Part shown: positions 17,147 to 27,947 of the stretch, in pieces
Layout of the letters: the number at the start of each line of letters is the position of its first letter
How positions within the stretch are numbered: position 1 is the first letter of the stretch
Origin: an uncultured Hyphomicrobiales bacterium
GTDB lineage: Bacteria > Bacteroidota > Ignavibacteria > Kapaibacteriales > UBA2268
Length of the DNA: 64,000 nucleotides
Direction: 5' to 3'
NCBI GenBank assembly: GCA_964464375.1
Contig: CAYXFU010000005.1
Location: 3,495-67,494, forward strand
Notes under the pieces: generated by a model
Told to the model about the DNA's origin: nothing
Database searches by the model: none
The model's input: the letters and a program-made list of their open reading frames with translations, nothing else
Program-made: the position numbers and the translations under genes

Positions 17147-18553
17147 ATGATAGTATTAATCGCTGACGATAATTTTGATTTTTGTTCAACAATTGCAGAT
17201 ATTGTACAATCCTTTGGATATGAGACTAATACAATTCAGGATCCTGAAGAAGCACTCATCTATCTGGAAAAAAATCAAAAGAAAGTCGGAGTATTATTGC
17301 TGGATATTGAATTTGCTCCCGAAGCTAAACTAAATGGCATAGATGTTCTGGAGCAAAGCAGAAAACATTATCCATCAATCCCAGTTATTATGATCTCCGG
17401 CAAAGGAACCATCGATACAGCTGTGAAGGCAACAAAGCTAGGTGCTATGAATTTCATCGAAAAGAGTATTCTTACAAAGGAAAGATTAAAGGAAGTACTC
17501 GCTAGTGCTATGGAACGCCATAATTACAAAGGTGAAGCACGAGAAATTCAGAAATTTCTTGAGATGAATGGAATAATCGGAAAATCGAAGTACATAATTG
17601 AATTAGGCGATAGTATTATCAGGTTTGGCAGAACCGACCTTAATGTATTGATCTCTGGCGAAACCGGCACAGGCAAGAAATTAGTAGCGAGGGCACTACA
17701 TTCAGTTAGCAGGCGTTCTAAATATCCGATTGTTACTGTTGACATTCCTAACATCCCCAGGGAATTGTTTCAAAGCGAGCTGTTCGGGCATAACAAAGGT
17801 TCATTCTCAGGAGCTACTGACACTAAGAAGGGACTATTCCAGCAGGCACATAAGGGAACTCTATTTCTAGATGAAATAGGAGATTTATCAATGGATCTTC
17901 AATCAAGTTTGTTCATTCCAATCGAGGAGAAATTAATAAGAAAAGTTGGTTCAGTGGAAACAGAAGAATTGGATGTGAGATTTGTTTCCGCCACAGACAA
18001 GGACTTGGTCTTTGCAATGAAAGAAGCAAAGTTCAGAGAACAACTTTACCACAGACTTCGCGAATGTGAAATCAGTGTTCCACCATTAAGAGACAGAATC
18101 GAAGATGTTCCTGAAATAATCGAACATTATCTTCTGAAGCATAATTATGAATATAATCAATCTAAAATGATTTCTTCCTCTGCAATTGAATTTTTGCAGG
18201 AGAAAGAATGGTCCGGGAATGTACGTGAATTGGCTAGTGTAATAAAAGTTGTGTTGCAGACAACTGAAAATGATTCAATTGAAGTTTCGGATATAAGCAA
18301 GATAATGATTAGCAATTCCTTTGCTGGTCTAAGCGATGAGAATTCCAATATTCATATTGATTCGAGTAGAACTCTGAAAGAAGATTTAGCTGAAGTTGAT
18401 AAAAAGAAAATAGAATCTACATTGGAAAAATGCGATGGCAATGTTAGTAAATCAGCAGCATTGTTAGGTATTAGCAGAGAAACGTTGCATAATAAAGTAA
18501 GAAGATATGGTATCAACACACAACTGTTCCGAGGGCGAAAAGAATTAAAGTAA
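17147..18553 (+). CDS. sigma-54-dependent response regulator (NtrC/Fis family: REC + AAA+ sigma-54 activator + Fis-type HTH)
   Basis: REC (ADDN..LLLDIEF..ISGKG). Walker A GETGTGKKL, GAFTGA-equivalent GSFSGA, ESELFGH. C-terminal HTH SKSAALLGISRETLHNKVRRYGI. Confidence 0.88.
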   Translation: MIVLIADDNFDFCSTIADIVQSFGYETNTIQDPEEALIYLEKNQKKVGVLLLDIEFAPEAKLNGIDVLEQSRKHYPSIPVIMISGKGTIDTAVKATKLGAMNFIEKSILTKERLKEVLASAMERHNYKGEAREIQKFLEMNGIIGKSKYIIELGDSIIRFGRTDLNVLISGETGTGKKLVARALHSVSRRSKYPIVTVDIPNIPRELFQSELFGHNKGSFSGATDTKKGLFQQAHKGTLFLDEIGDLSMDLQSSLFIPIEEKLIRKVGSVETEELDVRFVSATDKDLVFAMKEAKFREQLYHRLRECEISVPPLRDRIEDVPEIIEHYLLKHNYEYNQSKMISSSAIEFLQEKEWSGNVRELASVIKVVLQTTENDSIEVSDISKIMISNSFAGLSDENSNIHIDSSRTLKEDLAEVDKKKIESTLEKCDGNVSKSAALLGISRETLHNKVRRYGINTQLFRGRKELK

Positions 18554-18572
18554 GAACTAGATAAAGATTAAC

Positions 18573-19157
18573 CTATTTATTTTGTAGGCCTCTGCCTGTC
18601 TTATTAATCTTAGATTCGGATTCAAGCTTTCCGAGGATTTTGTCGAGAACACCATTTATGAAATTTCCACTCTTATCAGTCGAATACCTTTTTGCTATCT
18701 CAATAGATTCATTAATGCTAACTTTAGTTGGAATTTCAGGGAAATAGATTAATTCCACCACAGCCATTTCGATTAATATTCTGTCGAGAGACGCTATTCG
18801 ATCTAATTCCCAGTTTTCAGCTACTGCAGTAATATACTCATCAACAATATCACGTGTTTCTAATGTTTTTTCTACCAGGCTGAAAGCAAAGTCTATTTCT
18901 TCACTTTCCCAAATTATAGCCGTATCAGATTCTACTTCGACAACTTCGGCTTGAGTAAGGATTTTTTCATAATGCTCATCACCATCACCAAAATTGAAAT
19001 CACGATAAAATATATGGTCAAATGAACGGATGAGTGACTCATCCGAAATAAGATAGGTGGTAATCACCTGAAGGGCTTTTTCCCGGGCAAGTCTGCGATT
19101 GCCTTTTATCTCTTTGTTTTTTGAGAGTGGGAAAATAAGTGAAAAATTATCCATCAT
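18573..19157 (-). CDS. nusB: transcription antitermination factor NusB (with N-terminal extension or upstream false start)
   Basis: RRLAREKALQV N-terminal motif and C-terminal DKSGNFINGVLDKI are NusB hallmarks. Confidence 0.8.
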   Translation of the reverse strand: MMDNFSLIFPLSKNKEIKGNRRLAREKALQVITTYLISDESLIRSFDHIFYRDFNFGDGDEHYEKILTQAEVVEVESDTAIIWESEEIDFAFSLVEKTLETRDIVDEYITAVAENWELDRIASLDRILIEMAVVELIYFPEIPTKVSINESIEIAKRYSTDKSGNFINGVLDKILGKLESESKINKTGRGLQNK

Positions 19158-19206
19158 TAATAAAAGAACAAGAAATCAAATAATCACAATTACAAAAATA
19201 CAAAAT

Positions 19207-20883
19207 TTATTTCATTTTTTGATCGAATACAAAATTTTGTTCCAATGTTCTGCTCATAATAAATTCAACTCTACGATTCATAGCTCTATTTACGTCAGTA
19301 TCATTTGGTTTTACTGGTTGATTATAACCTCTTCCATAATGACTTAGTCTTTTATTTGCGACATTTCTTGATAAAATGTAATTATTAACTTCATTTGCAC
19401 GATGTTCTGATAATTCCTTATTATATTTCGATGTGCCCAACCTGTCTGTATGTCCAATAATTGAAATGTTAAAACATGAATATTTAAGCATGATGTCAGC
19501 AATATAATCCAATTCAGGAAAAAATTCACCCGTAATTGGCACTTCATTGAAGCCAAAATAGATTGTTTTTGTATTAAATATGATTTTCTGTAGAATTTCG
19601 TTGGAAATAAGATCCAGATTCTCTGGGACTATTCTCTTTCTTGCAAATTCAGACAAATTTCTCATTGGGATATTAATATTGACGGTTGTGATTGTGTCAT
19701 ACCTTGCTGCGTCAATCAAAATTGGTGCAGATATAAAGCTGTCGGAAATTGCAACTACCCTGTACTGCTTATCTATTGGAAGTGTAATTGCGAAATCACC
19801 TGTCAAAGGATTTGATCTGGTACTTCCTGACATTTTACCTTCTTCTGCCTGTTTATAATATACATATCCCGAAAGTGGTTCTTTGGTTATCGGGTTTATT
19901 AGTTTTCCTTTAACAACCAGGAATGGATCTGGCTTGAGTTCAACTTTCATTTTAATCTGGAATATGTCAGTTCCGCCTTCTGTATCAGTAGAAGAAACAA
20001 AATATGCTTTATCGCCACGTGAAGTAAGATAATAACCTCCTTCAGTACCAGTGGTATTGTAGGGTTTGCCTATATTTACCGGCTTTGACCAATTCGTCCA
20101 GGAATCATCAAGTCGCTTCGAGTAAAAAATATCCATGTCACCATAAGTCTCATGACCATTTGAACTGAAATAAAGTGTTGTTAAGTCAGCAGACAAAAAA
20201 GGTGTTGCCTCATTAAATTCGGTGTTTATTGTAATGCCCAAATTGATTGGTTCCGACCATTCGTTTTCGTCAAGCTTAAAGCAAACATAAAGATCCTTGT
20301 TCCCTTGCGAATCATCGCGTTCAATAGACAGTAGAAGAGTTTTCCAGTCACTACTTAAGAAAAAGCTAACATATTTATTGAGATTATAAAAGTTCTGAAT
20401 ATTAATCTTTTCGGGGTTACTCCATCCGGTTGCGGTTCTGTATGTTAAGGAACAATTCTGATCTAGTGTAGAATCTCCGGTATATTCACCGCCTACCAAT
20501 AATGAATTTCCGTCGGGAGAAATAGAACAAACGTAATTATTTCCGCCATTGTTTAATGGAAATCCAATATTTTTTGGGAATGACCATTTTCCATTTTTCT
20601 GTAGTTCTGACACCCAAATGTCATAATTTTCTTTGTTGTTTTTATACCCGATGTTCCTTGGGTCTTTACCTCTTGAAAAATAAAATGATTTCCCATCAGC
20701 AGATATTACTGGGAATGTCTCGTTGAACATGGTGTTGATTTCTGTACCAATATTTTCTTTAATAAAATCCTTTTGTAAAGAATTTTGAATTGAATTAGCC
20801 GAATCAATCTTAGAATAACAACTCAGAGTTAGCAAAAAAAACGCTGCTATCAGATTTGTTATTAAACTTTTACTAGATTTCAT
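19207..20883 (-). CDS. OmpA-family lipoprotein with TolB-like beta-propeller repeats (ORF track start 20919)
   Basis: Lipobox LLTLSC, TolB/WD40-like repeats (PVISADGKSFYFSR, PFLSADLTTLYFSS), and C-terminal OmpA/MotB peptidoglycan-binding domain (GHTDRLGTSKYNKELSEHRANEV...RRVEF). Confidence 0.8.
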   Translation of the reverse strand: MKSSKSLITNLIAAFFLLTLSCYSKIDSANSIQNSLQKDFIKENIGTEINTMFNETFPVISADGKSFYFSRGKDPRNIGYKNNKENYDIWVSELQKNGKWSFPKNIGFPLNNGGNNYVCSISPDGNSLLVGGEYTGDSTLDQNCSLTYRTATGWSNPEKINIQNFYNLNKYVSFFLSSDWKTLLLSIERDDSQGNKDLYVCFKLDENEWSEPINLGITINTEFNEATPFLSADLTTLYFSSNGHETYGDMDIFYSKRLDDSWTNWSKPVNIGKPYNTTGTEGGYYLTSRGDKAYFVSSTDTEGGTDIFQIKMKVELKPDPFLVVKGKLINPITKEPLSGYVYYKQAEEGKMSGSTRSNPLTGDFAITLPIDKQYRVVAISDSFISAPILIDAARYDTITTVNINIPMRNLSEFARKRIVPENLDLISNEILQKIIFNTKTIYFGFNEVPITGEFFPELDYIADIMLKYSCFNISIIGHTDRLGTSKYNKELSEHRANEVNNYILSRNVANKRLSHYGRGYNQPVKPNDTDVNRAMNRRVEFIMSRTLEQNFVFDQKMK

Positions 20884-20988
20884 TTCAATTTCCTGTTTTA
20901 CTTTTTTATTACGAAACAAAATTAACGATAATAATTAGCAAAAGAAATACGTGTTAATACGTAGTTTTTGAGTAAAATCAATTTATTT

Positions 20989-21666
20989 TCAAATATTTTT
21001 TGGTAATATACATTCTTCTGAATCAAAAGCAGGAAAATTAACCCTTTCATCGACCTGATAAAAATCAAAAATGGATGAATTTGCCGGTATTAGTAGTTTT
21101 TCTATTGCTTCTTTTGTCAAATTCTTTCCCAGCCAATTAATTCTATCATCAGGATCGATTATCACAGGCATTCTGTTGTGAATAATCGCAAGTTTTTCAT
21201 TAGGCTCGCAGGTGATAATAGTTGCAGAATTGATTATCTGATTTTCTTTATTATTCCATGAATCCCAAAGAGCGGCGAAAGTGAACATTTCATCTTTTGA
21301 ATTTTTTATATAATATGGAATCTTTCCCTTACTATTTGGATCAATTTTCCATTCATAATATCCTGAGGCTGGGATCAGACATCTTCTGCGAACGATTAAG
21401 TTCTTGAATGATGGTTTTTCGAATATTGTTTCTGCTCTGGCGTTAATCATTTTTGAGGCTAAAGTATCGTCCTTAGCCCAGGAAGGAATCAAACCCCACT
21501 TAAGTCTGCTCAATTCATCAGTATTGTCATTGGTTAATGCCGAGATATACTGAGTGGGAGCAATGTTATAACGGCTTGTCAATATCACTAGGATCTTGAT
21601 TTGCTTTCCAGGTAACAGTTTTTCTAACTGATCCGTTTTAACTGATAGCGAGAAACGTCCACACAT
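20989..21666 (-). CDS. SOS-response-associated peptidase (SRAP/YedK, abasic-site DNA-protein crosslink sensor); ORF track start 21756 is probably too far upstream
   Basis: MCGRFSL with Cys2 nucleophile, RYNIAPTQ, NARAET and HNRMPVI motifs. Confidence 0.85.
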   Translation of the reverse strand: MCGRFSLSVKTDQLEKLLPGKQIKILVILTSRYNIAPTQYISALTNDNTDELSRLKWGLIPSWAKDDTLASKMINARAETIFEKPSFKNLIVRRRCLIPASGYYEWKIDPNSKGKIPYYIKNSKDEMFTFAALWDSWNNKENQIINSATIITCEPNEKLAIIHNRMPVIIDPDDRINWLGKNLTKEAIEKLLIPANSSIFDFYQVDERVNFPAFDSEECILPKNI

Positions 21667-21778
21667 AATTTTCTTATAATAAAATAAAATTGAAATCAGA
21701 AGTCTTACTAATTCATCAGAAATATGATTAAATTGCATTCTTGATGACGAAATCAATAAAAATAAAATTTATGAGAAA

Positions 21779-24004
21779 TTGATGCCAGAGAGCAAAAAAG
21801 ACACTTTACCATTACAATACATTAAAGGGATTGGTCCTCAGAGAGCTCAGGCACTGGCTAAAGAAGGAATACAGACCCCTGTTGATATGCTTTTTTATCT
21901 TCCCAGAACTTATGTCACACGTTTATTAGTCCCAACTTTAGCGTCATTGAACATAACCTTACGTAAGCAAATGCAGGCTTTCGATGAGTCCTCTGTGCCG
22001 AATTTATCATATCAACAAGAATATACAATCATCGCTCAAGTTGTATCGCATAAGGAACATGTCCTCAGATTTAATAAGAAATTGCTTTTGCTGGAATTGT
22101 CTGACGGCAGTGGAAGCAAGGCTTATATTAGATTTTGGTCTTTTACCGAATTCTATAAGAAGCTATATCCTGAAGGATCCACCATCATCTTAAATGGTAA
22201 ACCACAAATGGATAGTTTTGGCAAAATATCATTCGATCATCCGGATATCCAGAAATTTGATTTTGAAGATCAAACTGATTATAATGCCGGAGCAATTCTG
22301 CCGATTTATAAGCTCAACGAGAAATTAGTTAAAGCCCACATCACTACCAGAATTCTAAGAAAAATTCTGCAATCTGTTATTGAAACACATTTGGACACAA
22401 TAAAGGATTACTTTAGTCAAGAATTTCGAGAAAAGCATTATTTAAGGGAACTTAGTGATTCAATTAAAAATCTGCATTTTCCAAAAAAAATTGAAGATGT
22501 TGAATTGTCTAAACATAGACTTAAATTTGATGAGATTTTCTTTTATGAATTAAATCTTGCTTTGAAAAATAAAGTTGTTCTTGACGAGAAAAAGGGTTTG
22601 CAGATACCTCCCAAAAGCCTGTTGGCTCGGACACTTTTGGAAAAACTTGATTTTGATTTGACAGGTGATCAGAAAAAGGTTATCCGTGAGATAGTAAATG
22701 ATTTTGAATCTGGAAAACCAATGAACAGACTTTTGCAAGGAGATGTTGGATCCGGGAAAACAATCGTTGCTATCTTGACCATGCTCTCAATCGTTGAACA
22801 TGGTTATCAAGTAGCTATAATGGCTCCAACTGAAGTACTTGCAGAACAGCACTTTCACACAATATCTAAACTTGTAGAAGGATTAGATATTACAGTTACC
22901 ACATTAACCGGAGGGCAAAAAAGCTCTATCCGAAAAGAAAGCCTTCTAAAGATTGAATCTGGAGAAGCCAAAATTATTATTGGTACTCATGCACTATTTG
23001 CAACAAAGATAAAATATCATAAATTAGGTTATGTTATCATCGATGAACAGCACAAGTTTGGGGTTATACAACGCTCAGATCTGATAGCAAATAGTAGTGA
23101 ATCATTAGGTGTAAACATAGTTCCACATGTATTGGTCATGTCCGCAACTCCTATACCCAGAACTCTTTCATTGACAATTTATGGCGAACTAGATGTTTCT
23201 ATTATACGTGAGATGCCCAAAAACAGGAAGCAAATAATTACAAAAATAGCATCTGACAGTCAATTGATTCAGGTATTTGATTTTGTAAAGAAGAAAATTG
23301 AAGAAGGAGAGCAAGCTTATATTGTATATCCATTAGTTGAAAAATCTGAAAAAATGCTACTGAAGTCAGCAATCGAACATTTTGAAATGCTTTCAAATGA
23401 AGTTTTTCAGGGATTCAAATGCGGACTTCTTCATGGGCAATTGAAATGGAAGGAAAAGGAAGCTGTTATGAAGGCATTCCTTGAAAAAGAATATCAAATT
23501 CTAATTGCCACTACTGTAATTGAGGTAGGAATAGATGTACCCAATGCATCTGTTATGATTATTGAGAATTCCGAGAGATTTGGCTTGTCCCAGCTTCATC
23601 AGTTAAGAGGCAGAGTTGGTAGAGGCACAACTCAATCCTACTGCATTCTGGTTACGAACGACAAGTTGACGCACGAAATCAAAGGTAAACCTTTAAAAGA
23701 GGATGAAAAGAGACCGGCAGTGGTAAGACTGAAAACAATGGAAAGAACTACTGATGGTTTTGATATCGCTGAGGTAGATCTCAAATTAAGAGGACCGGGT
23801 GATTTGCTGGGAACCAGACAATCAGGTCTACCCGATTTTAAATATATTGATCTGATTACCGATGGCGAAATAATAACTCAGGCTAGGAAGATTGCATTCG
23901 ACATAGCTCTAAATCCCTCTTCGTTGACTTCCTTAGAAAGTGAACATATTATGTCGGAATTCAGCAAACGTTATGGTTCTGAAAACTTTTACGGAATTGC
24001 TTAG
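21779..24004 (+). CDS. recG: ATP-dependent DNA helicase RecG
   Basis: Wedge/OB N-terminus, then helicase motifs GDVGSGKT, DEQHKFGV, SATPIPRTL, QLRGRVGRG. Confidence 0.92.
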   Translation: MMPESKKDTLPLQYIKGIGPQRAQALAKEGIQTPVDMLFYLPRTYVTRLLVPTLASLNITLRKQMQAFDESSVPNLSYQQEYTIIAQVVSHKEHVLRFNKKLLLLELSDGSGSKAYIRFWSFTEFYKKLYPEGSTIILNGKPQMDSFGKISFDHPDIQKFDFEDQTDYNAGAILPIYKLNEKLVKAHITTRILRKILQSVIETHLDTIKDYFSQEFREKHYLRELSDSIKNLHFPKKIEDVELSKHRLKFDEIFFYELNLALKNKVVLDEKKGLQIPPKSLLARTLLEKLDFDLTGDQKKVIREIVNDFESGKPMNRLLQGDVGSGKTIVAILTMLSIVEHGYQVAIMAPTEVLAEQHFHTISKLVEGLDITVTTLTGGQKSSIRKESLLKIESGEAKIIIGTHALFATKIKYHKLGYVIIDEQHKFGVIQRSDLIANSSESLGVNIVPHVLVMSATPIPRTLSLTIYGELDVSIIREMPKNRKQIITKIASDSQLIQVFDFVKKKIEEGEQAYIVYPLVEKSEKMLLKSAIEHFEMLSNEVFQGFKCGLLHGQLKWKEKEAVMKAFLEKEYQILIATTVIEVGIDVPNASVMIIENSERFGLSQLHQLRGRVGRGTTQSYCILVTNDKLTHEIKGKPLKEDEKRPAVVRLKTMERTTDGFDIAEVDLKLRGPGDLLGTRQSGLPDFKYIDLITDGEIITQARKIAFDIALNPSSLTSLESEHIMSEFSKRYGSENFYGIA

Positions 24005-24040
24005 ATCGATTGCGATAATTATGATAATCAGTTCAAAGGA

Positions 24041-24649
24041 TTATTTGATGACATTACAGTCAGCAAACTTAAGATAATCAGATTCTGGAAATTCTCTTTT
24101 TAGCCTTTGGAAGTATCCTGTAGCTAGATCTTTTTTATCCATAATGCAGTATAATTGACCTAATCTTACTATTGACTTCTCTAATACCAGGTGGTCTGTA
24201 GTTGATTTCTCAGTCAATTGTTTTAATAATTCTTCAGCCTTGTTGTTCTCGCCAAACTGAATCAGACATTCAGCCAGATAGAATTGAATATTATAATATT
24301 TTAGATTTGGTTTTTCAATTGTCTGTATTATTTCACTAAAGATTTTTTCTGCTTCTCTGTAGTTCCCATCATCAAAAAATTGTAAAGCTTGATTGAAATT
24401 ATCCGGAACTTCAGAGTCATGTTTTTTTTCAGAAGTAATAAAAACCACAGTCGTATCATCATAACGATTATGGTATTTTGACTTCATTCTTTTAAGTTCC
24501 TGCTCTTTCTTTATTTCAGACTTTTCAGTCTTAGACTGTTCGTCAAGTGGTTTCGTTAGGTTTACTGTACGGGTTTTTACTGAAGAACAGAAAGTAAAAA
24601 CAAGTAAAAATATGACCAGAATTGAAAATGTTTGATAAAAACGTTTCAT
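24041..24649 (-). CDS. secreted TPR-like hypothetical protein
   Basis: Signal peptide, Lys/Glu-rich linker, TPR-like helical repeats (NYREAEKIF, NNKAEELLKQL). Confidence 0.5.
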   Translation of the reverse strand: MKRFYQTFSILVIFLLVFTFCSSVKTRTVNLTKPLDEQSKTEKSEIKKEQELKRMKSKYHNRYDDTTVVFITSEKKHDSEVPDNFNQALQFFDDGNYREAEKIFSEIIQTIEKPNLKYYNIQFYLAECLIQFGENNKAEELLKQLTEKSTTDHLVLEKSIVRLGQLYCIMDKKDLATGYFQRLKREFPESDYLKFADCNVIK

Positions 24650-24849
24650 AGTTATTTATTGATATTATTGGTACTTATGCGAATTTAAATTAAATCTGAC
24701 AAACCCTAAAAATAATTTATAATTAATTGTTTGTCAATATAAAAATTTGTATTTTTGTAACCGATTTTAATGGTAAATTTTTTATTGAATTCATACTAGA
24801 TTTAGTATTTGTTTAGACTAACTTTTATTTGTCACTTTTATAAACGCAG

Positions 24850-27216
24850 ATGTTATTAAGATCAATATCAAAACTAATAAATTCTTTTGTAATTTTAATA
24901 ATTATTATCAATTTTTCGGTTCTTAAATCAGAAGAAAAGAAAATTACATTATCAGGGAAAATTACAAACAAAGCCGGCGATCCAATTCCTTCGGTGAGAA
25001 TTTACATCTCAGACCAGAAAAAGCAAACATTTTCTGCCACCAATGGTACGTTTCATATTACTCAAATTAAACCAGGTAGCTTTAAGCTTGGTTTGGCTAG
25101 AATTGGTTATTCGAATTTAGACACGCTTTTAGACCTATCAAAGTCAATTGAGAATTTGCTGTTCGTTTTAAATGAATCAGATGTAATTACAGATGATGTG
25201 GTTATAACAGGAACTCGTTCCTATAAGCATATCGAAGATTTGCCAATTCCTACTGAAGTTGTTTCAAAAAGTGAGATCAAGAATCAGGGTTATCTCAGAC
25301 TTAATGAAGTTATCAATCAGGAAATGGGAATCCCCATGACTGAAGATAAATTCCGCGGTATGCAGGTTCAGGGCTTGGATGCTGATTATACATTGATATT
25401 GATTAACGGTGAACCTCTGACTGGCAGAACCGGTGGTAACCTTGATATATCCAGATTTTCCGTCGCCAATCTCAGCAGAGTCGAAGTTGTTAGGGGTCCT
25501 TCATCATCGCTATACGGAAGTTCTGCTCTTGCCGGTGTTGTTAACCTAATAACCGAAAAACCTACAAAACCATTGACGCTCAACGCCGCAGGAAGATATG
25601 GATCGCACAGTACTTATGATATTGCAGGTGATGTTTCAGCTGCAACAAAGGATAAAACATTAGGTATTAATCTTTTTATTGACAGTTATAGAACTCAGGG
25701 ATTTTCTGTTTTACCTGGTGTAGTTTCAAAAACAGTACCCGACAATCAAAATCTTTCTATTAGTTCTGATATTTTTTATGATATCACTCATATTGCTACA
25801 ACCAGGCTAGGTGGTAGATTAAAAAATGAAGAAATCAAAAATGATTTTTGGTCGTATATTATTGAAAATGGAATTAAAAAGGACTCATCATTGATTGATG
25901 ATAAAGTAAATAATAGTGAATATTCTCTTGGATTAGATATTAATCACAAAATATCTAACAGATATGGTCTCGAAGGCAGATTATTCTATACAAAATTCAA
26001 AACTGAAACTTTTGATAAGTACAAAACAACCGGTTCCTTATTTGAAAAATATCTTTTCCAGCAGAGCACTTTTAAAGGAGAAGTTCAATCGACTTCGCTA
26101 CTAGGAACAAATCAGATAATTGGAGGTTTTGGTGTACAAATTGAAAGTGCTGAAAGTGACCGGATTGCGGATTCAAATCAATCAATTAGATTAATCTATG
26201 GTTATTTGCAGGATGACTGGCAAATAAATGATCAGATTAATTTAATAGGCAGTCTGAGGTACGATGCTCACAGTGCTTATGCAGACAACTTAAGTCCTAA
26301 GCTTGCCGTTTCATGGAAATCACTACCCGGTTTAACATTACGGGCTTCCGTAGGATCTGGCTTCAAAGCTCCTTCTTTTGAGGAACTTTATCTCAACTGG
26401 TCACTTGCATCCGAAGGTTATACTGTTCTTGGAATAAAGAACTTTATCGCTGATTTTGGTAAGCTTGGAGCGAGCGGGCAAATAGCGGATACTTTAATCA
26501 ATGTTACACAAGTCAATGATTTATTGCCCGAAAGGTCATGGGCTATGGATATTGGCGGAGATTATACCTTAAATGATATCATTGATTTTAGAATTAACCT
26601 TTTCAGAAATAACATTAATGATTTAATTGAATTTCTTCCTGTTGCCGTTAAGACAAATGGACGCTTGCTTTATACATATTTTAACGTTAGAAAAATTCAT
26701 ACTCAGGGCATTGAAACCAGGGTTAGATTTTATCCAATTACTGAAATCAATGTCGAGTTAAATTATCAACTTCTTTATAGTGCAGATGATGAAGTTGAGA
26801 AAACACTGAACGATCCGAATCAAACAAAGTATTGGAAACGAGACGGTGACAACGATAGAAAAGTCAGACCCGACGAGTATGGAGGTCTGATGAATAGATC
26901 AAGGCACAGTGGTGCAGTTAGACTTACTTGGGATAACAAAGATCTGGATTTATATTTAACATTAAGAGGTGTTTTTAAATCACAATATGGATTTGCTGAT
27001 GCAAATGGAAATACCATACTTGATGTTGATAATCCTAAGGAATATTCACCGGGATATTCGATGTGGTACATTTCAGCAACAAAAAAGATTTATAAATCTT
27101 TTTCAATACAGGCAGGAATTGACAATCTTGCCGATTATAAAACACATGGCACAAGATTGATTACTTCCGGAAGAACCGGTTACGTAAGCTTGTTATTTAA
27201 TTATATATTTGATTAA
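24850..27216 (+). CDS. TonB-dependent outer-membrane receptor (CarbopepD_reg-like N-domain + plug + barrel)
   Basis: KITLSGKITNKAGDPIPSVRIYI (CarbopepD_reg), DVVITGTR, and plug motif VEVVRGPSSSLYGSSALAGVVNLIT. 788 aa. Confidence 0.88.
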   Translation: MLLRSISKLINSFVILIIIINFSVLKSEEKKITLSGKITNKAGDPIPSVRIYISDQKKQTFSATNGTFHITQIKPGSFKLGLARIGYSNLDTLLDLSKSIENLLFVLNESDVITDDVVITGTRSYKHIEDLPIPTEVVSKSEIKNQGYLRLNEVINQEMGIPMTEDKFRGMQVQGLDADYTLILINGEPLTGRTGGNLDISRFSVANLSRVEVVRGPSSSLYGSSALAGVVNLITEKPTKPLTLNAAGRYGSHSTYDIAGDVSAATKDKTLGINLFIDSYRTQGFSVLPGVVSKTVPDNQNLSISSDIFYDITHIATTRLGGRLKNEEIKNDFWSYIIENGIKKDSSLIDDKVNNSEYSLGLDINHKISNRYGLEGRLFYTKFKTETFDKYKTTGSLFEKYLFQQSTFKGEVQSTSLLGTNQIIGGFGVQIESAESDRIADSNQSIRLIYGYLQDDWQINDQINLIGSLRYDAHSAYADNLSPKLAVSWKSLPGLTLRASVGSGFKAPSFEELYLNWSLASEGYTVLGIKNFIADFGKLGASGQIADTLINVTQVNDLLPERSWAMDIGGDYTLNDIIDFRINLFRNNINDLIEFLPVAVKTNGRLLYTYFNVRKIHTQGIETRVRFYPITEINVELNYQLLYSADDEVEKTLNDPNQTKYWKRDGDNDRKVRPDEYGGLMNRSRHSGAVRLTWDNKDLDLYLTLRGVFKSQYGFADANGNTILDVDNPKEYSPGYSMWYISATKKIYKSFSIQAGIDNLADYKTHGTRLITSGRTGYVSLLFNYIFD

Positions 27217-27239
27217 CCTTTTTTATTTTAGGAGGATTT

Positions 27240-27809
27240 ATGTTTAAAGTATTAGCAACAATTTGCCTTGCATCAACCCTGTTGCTTATCAGTTGCAAAG
27301 AAACTACAACCGATAACAACAATAATACTAATCTCAATTCAGTTAAAGTTACAAACTTTAGTGCAGACACCAGTGGTCAGACATTCAAATTGTTCAGTTT
27401 CAAGAATAATGCAGTTGTTCCTGTTTCTGATTCAGCTACCACAAAATGGGATATTGGATTCAAATCAACAAGTATCATCGTAAATAGTGCCCCTAATGGA
27501 CCTGGTCTTGCAGGAATCCAGCTTTTACCGGGAACTGATTTTGCTACACTGAAAATTGCTCCTGAGACCGGCTACAGATTAGGTAGTATCGATCCGGCAA
27601 CAAAATGGTATAATTATAATCCGGATACACATATTATTTCACCTGTACCAGGAGTTGTTATCGTAATGAAAACAGCCGATGGCAAATATGTCAAAATGAG
27701 AATTTCCAGCTATTATAAAGATAATCCTGCAACACCAGATCAGACAAGTCTTTCGAGATTCTTTACATTCGAATTTGTATATCAGCCTGACGGAACAAAG
27801 AATTTCTAA
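27240..27809 (+). CDS. lipoprotein immediately downstream of the TonB-dependent receptor (possible HmuY-like accessory protein)
   Basis: Signal peptide plus lipobox LLISC. Co-directional and 24 nt after the receptor gene. Family assignment is uncertain. Confidence 0.5.
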   Translation: MFKVLATICLASTLLLISCKETTTDNNNNTNLNSVKVTNFSADTSGQTFKLFSFKNNAVVPVSDSATTKWDIGFKSTSIIVNSAPNGPGLAGIQLLPGTDFATLKIAPETGYRLGSIDPATKWYNYNPDTHIISPVPGVVIVMKTADGKYVKMRISSYYKDNPATPDQTSLSRFFTFEFVYQPDGTKNF

Positions 27810-27830
27810 TTCTTAATAAAAATCTACTTT

Positions 27831-27863
27831 AAAGCCATACTTTTCGGGGTATGGCTTTTTTTA
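27831..27863 (+). terminator. rho-independent terminator (AGCCATAC-ttttcggg-GTATGGCT + T6)
   Basis: Perfect 8-bp stem followed by T-run, 22 nt after the lipoprotein stop. Confidence 0.65.
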
Positions 27864-27947
27864 TTTTTTATTATTAATCAAAAATTAATAAATTATACTT
27901 TCTGTTTTTATTATTTTCAAACTCTCTGTTAATATTTAATTCTCCTG

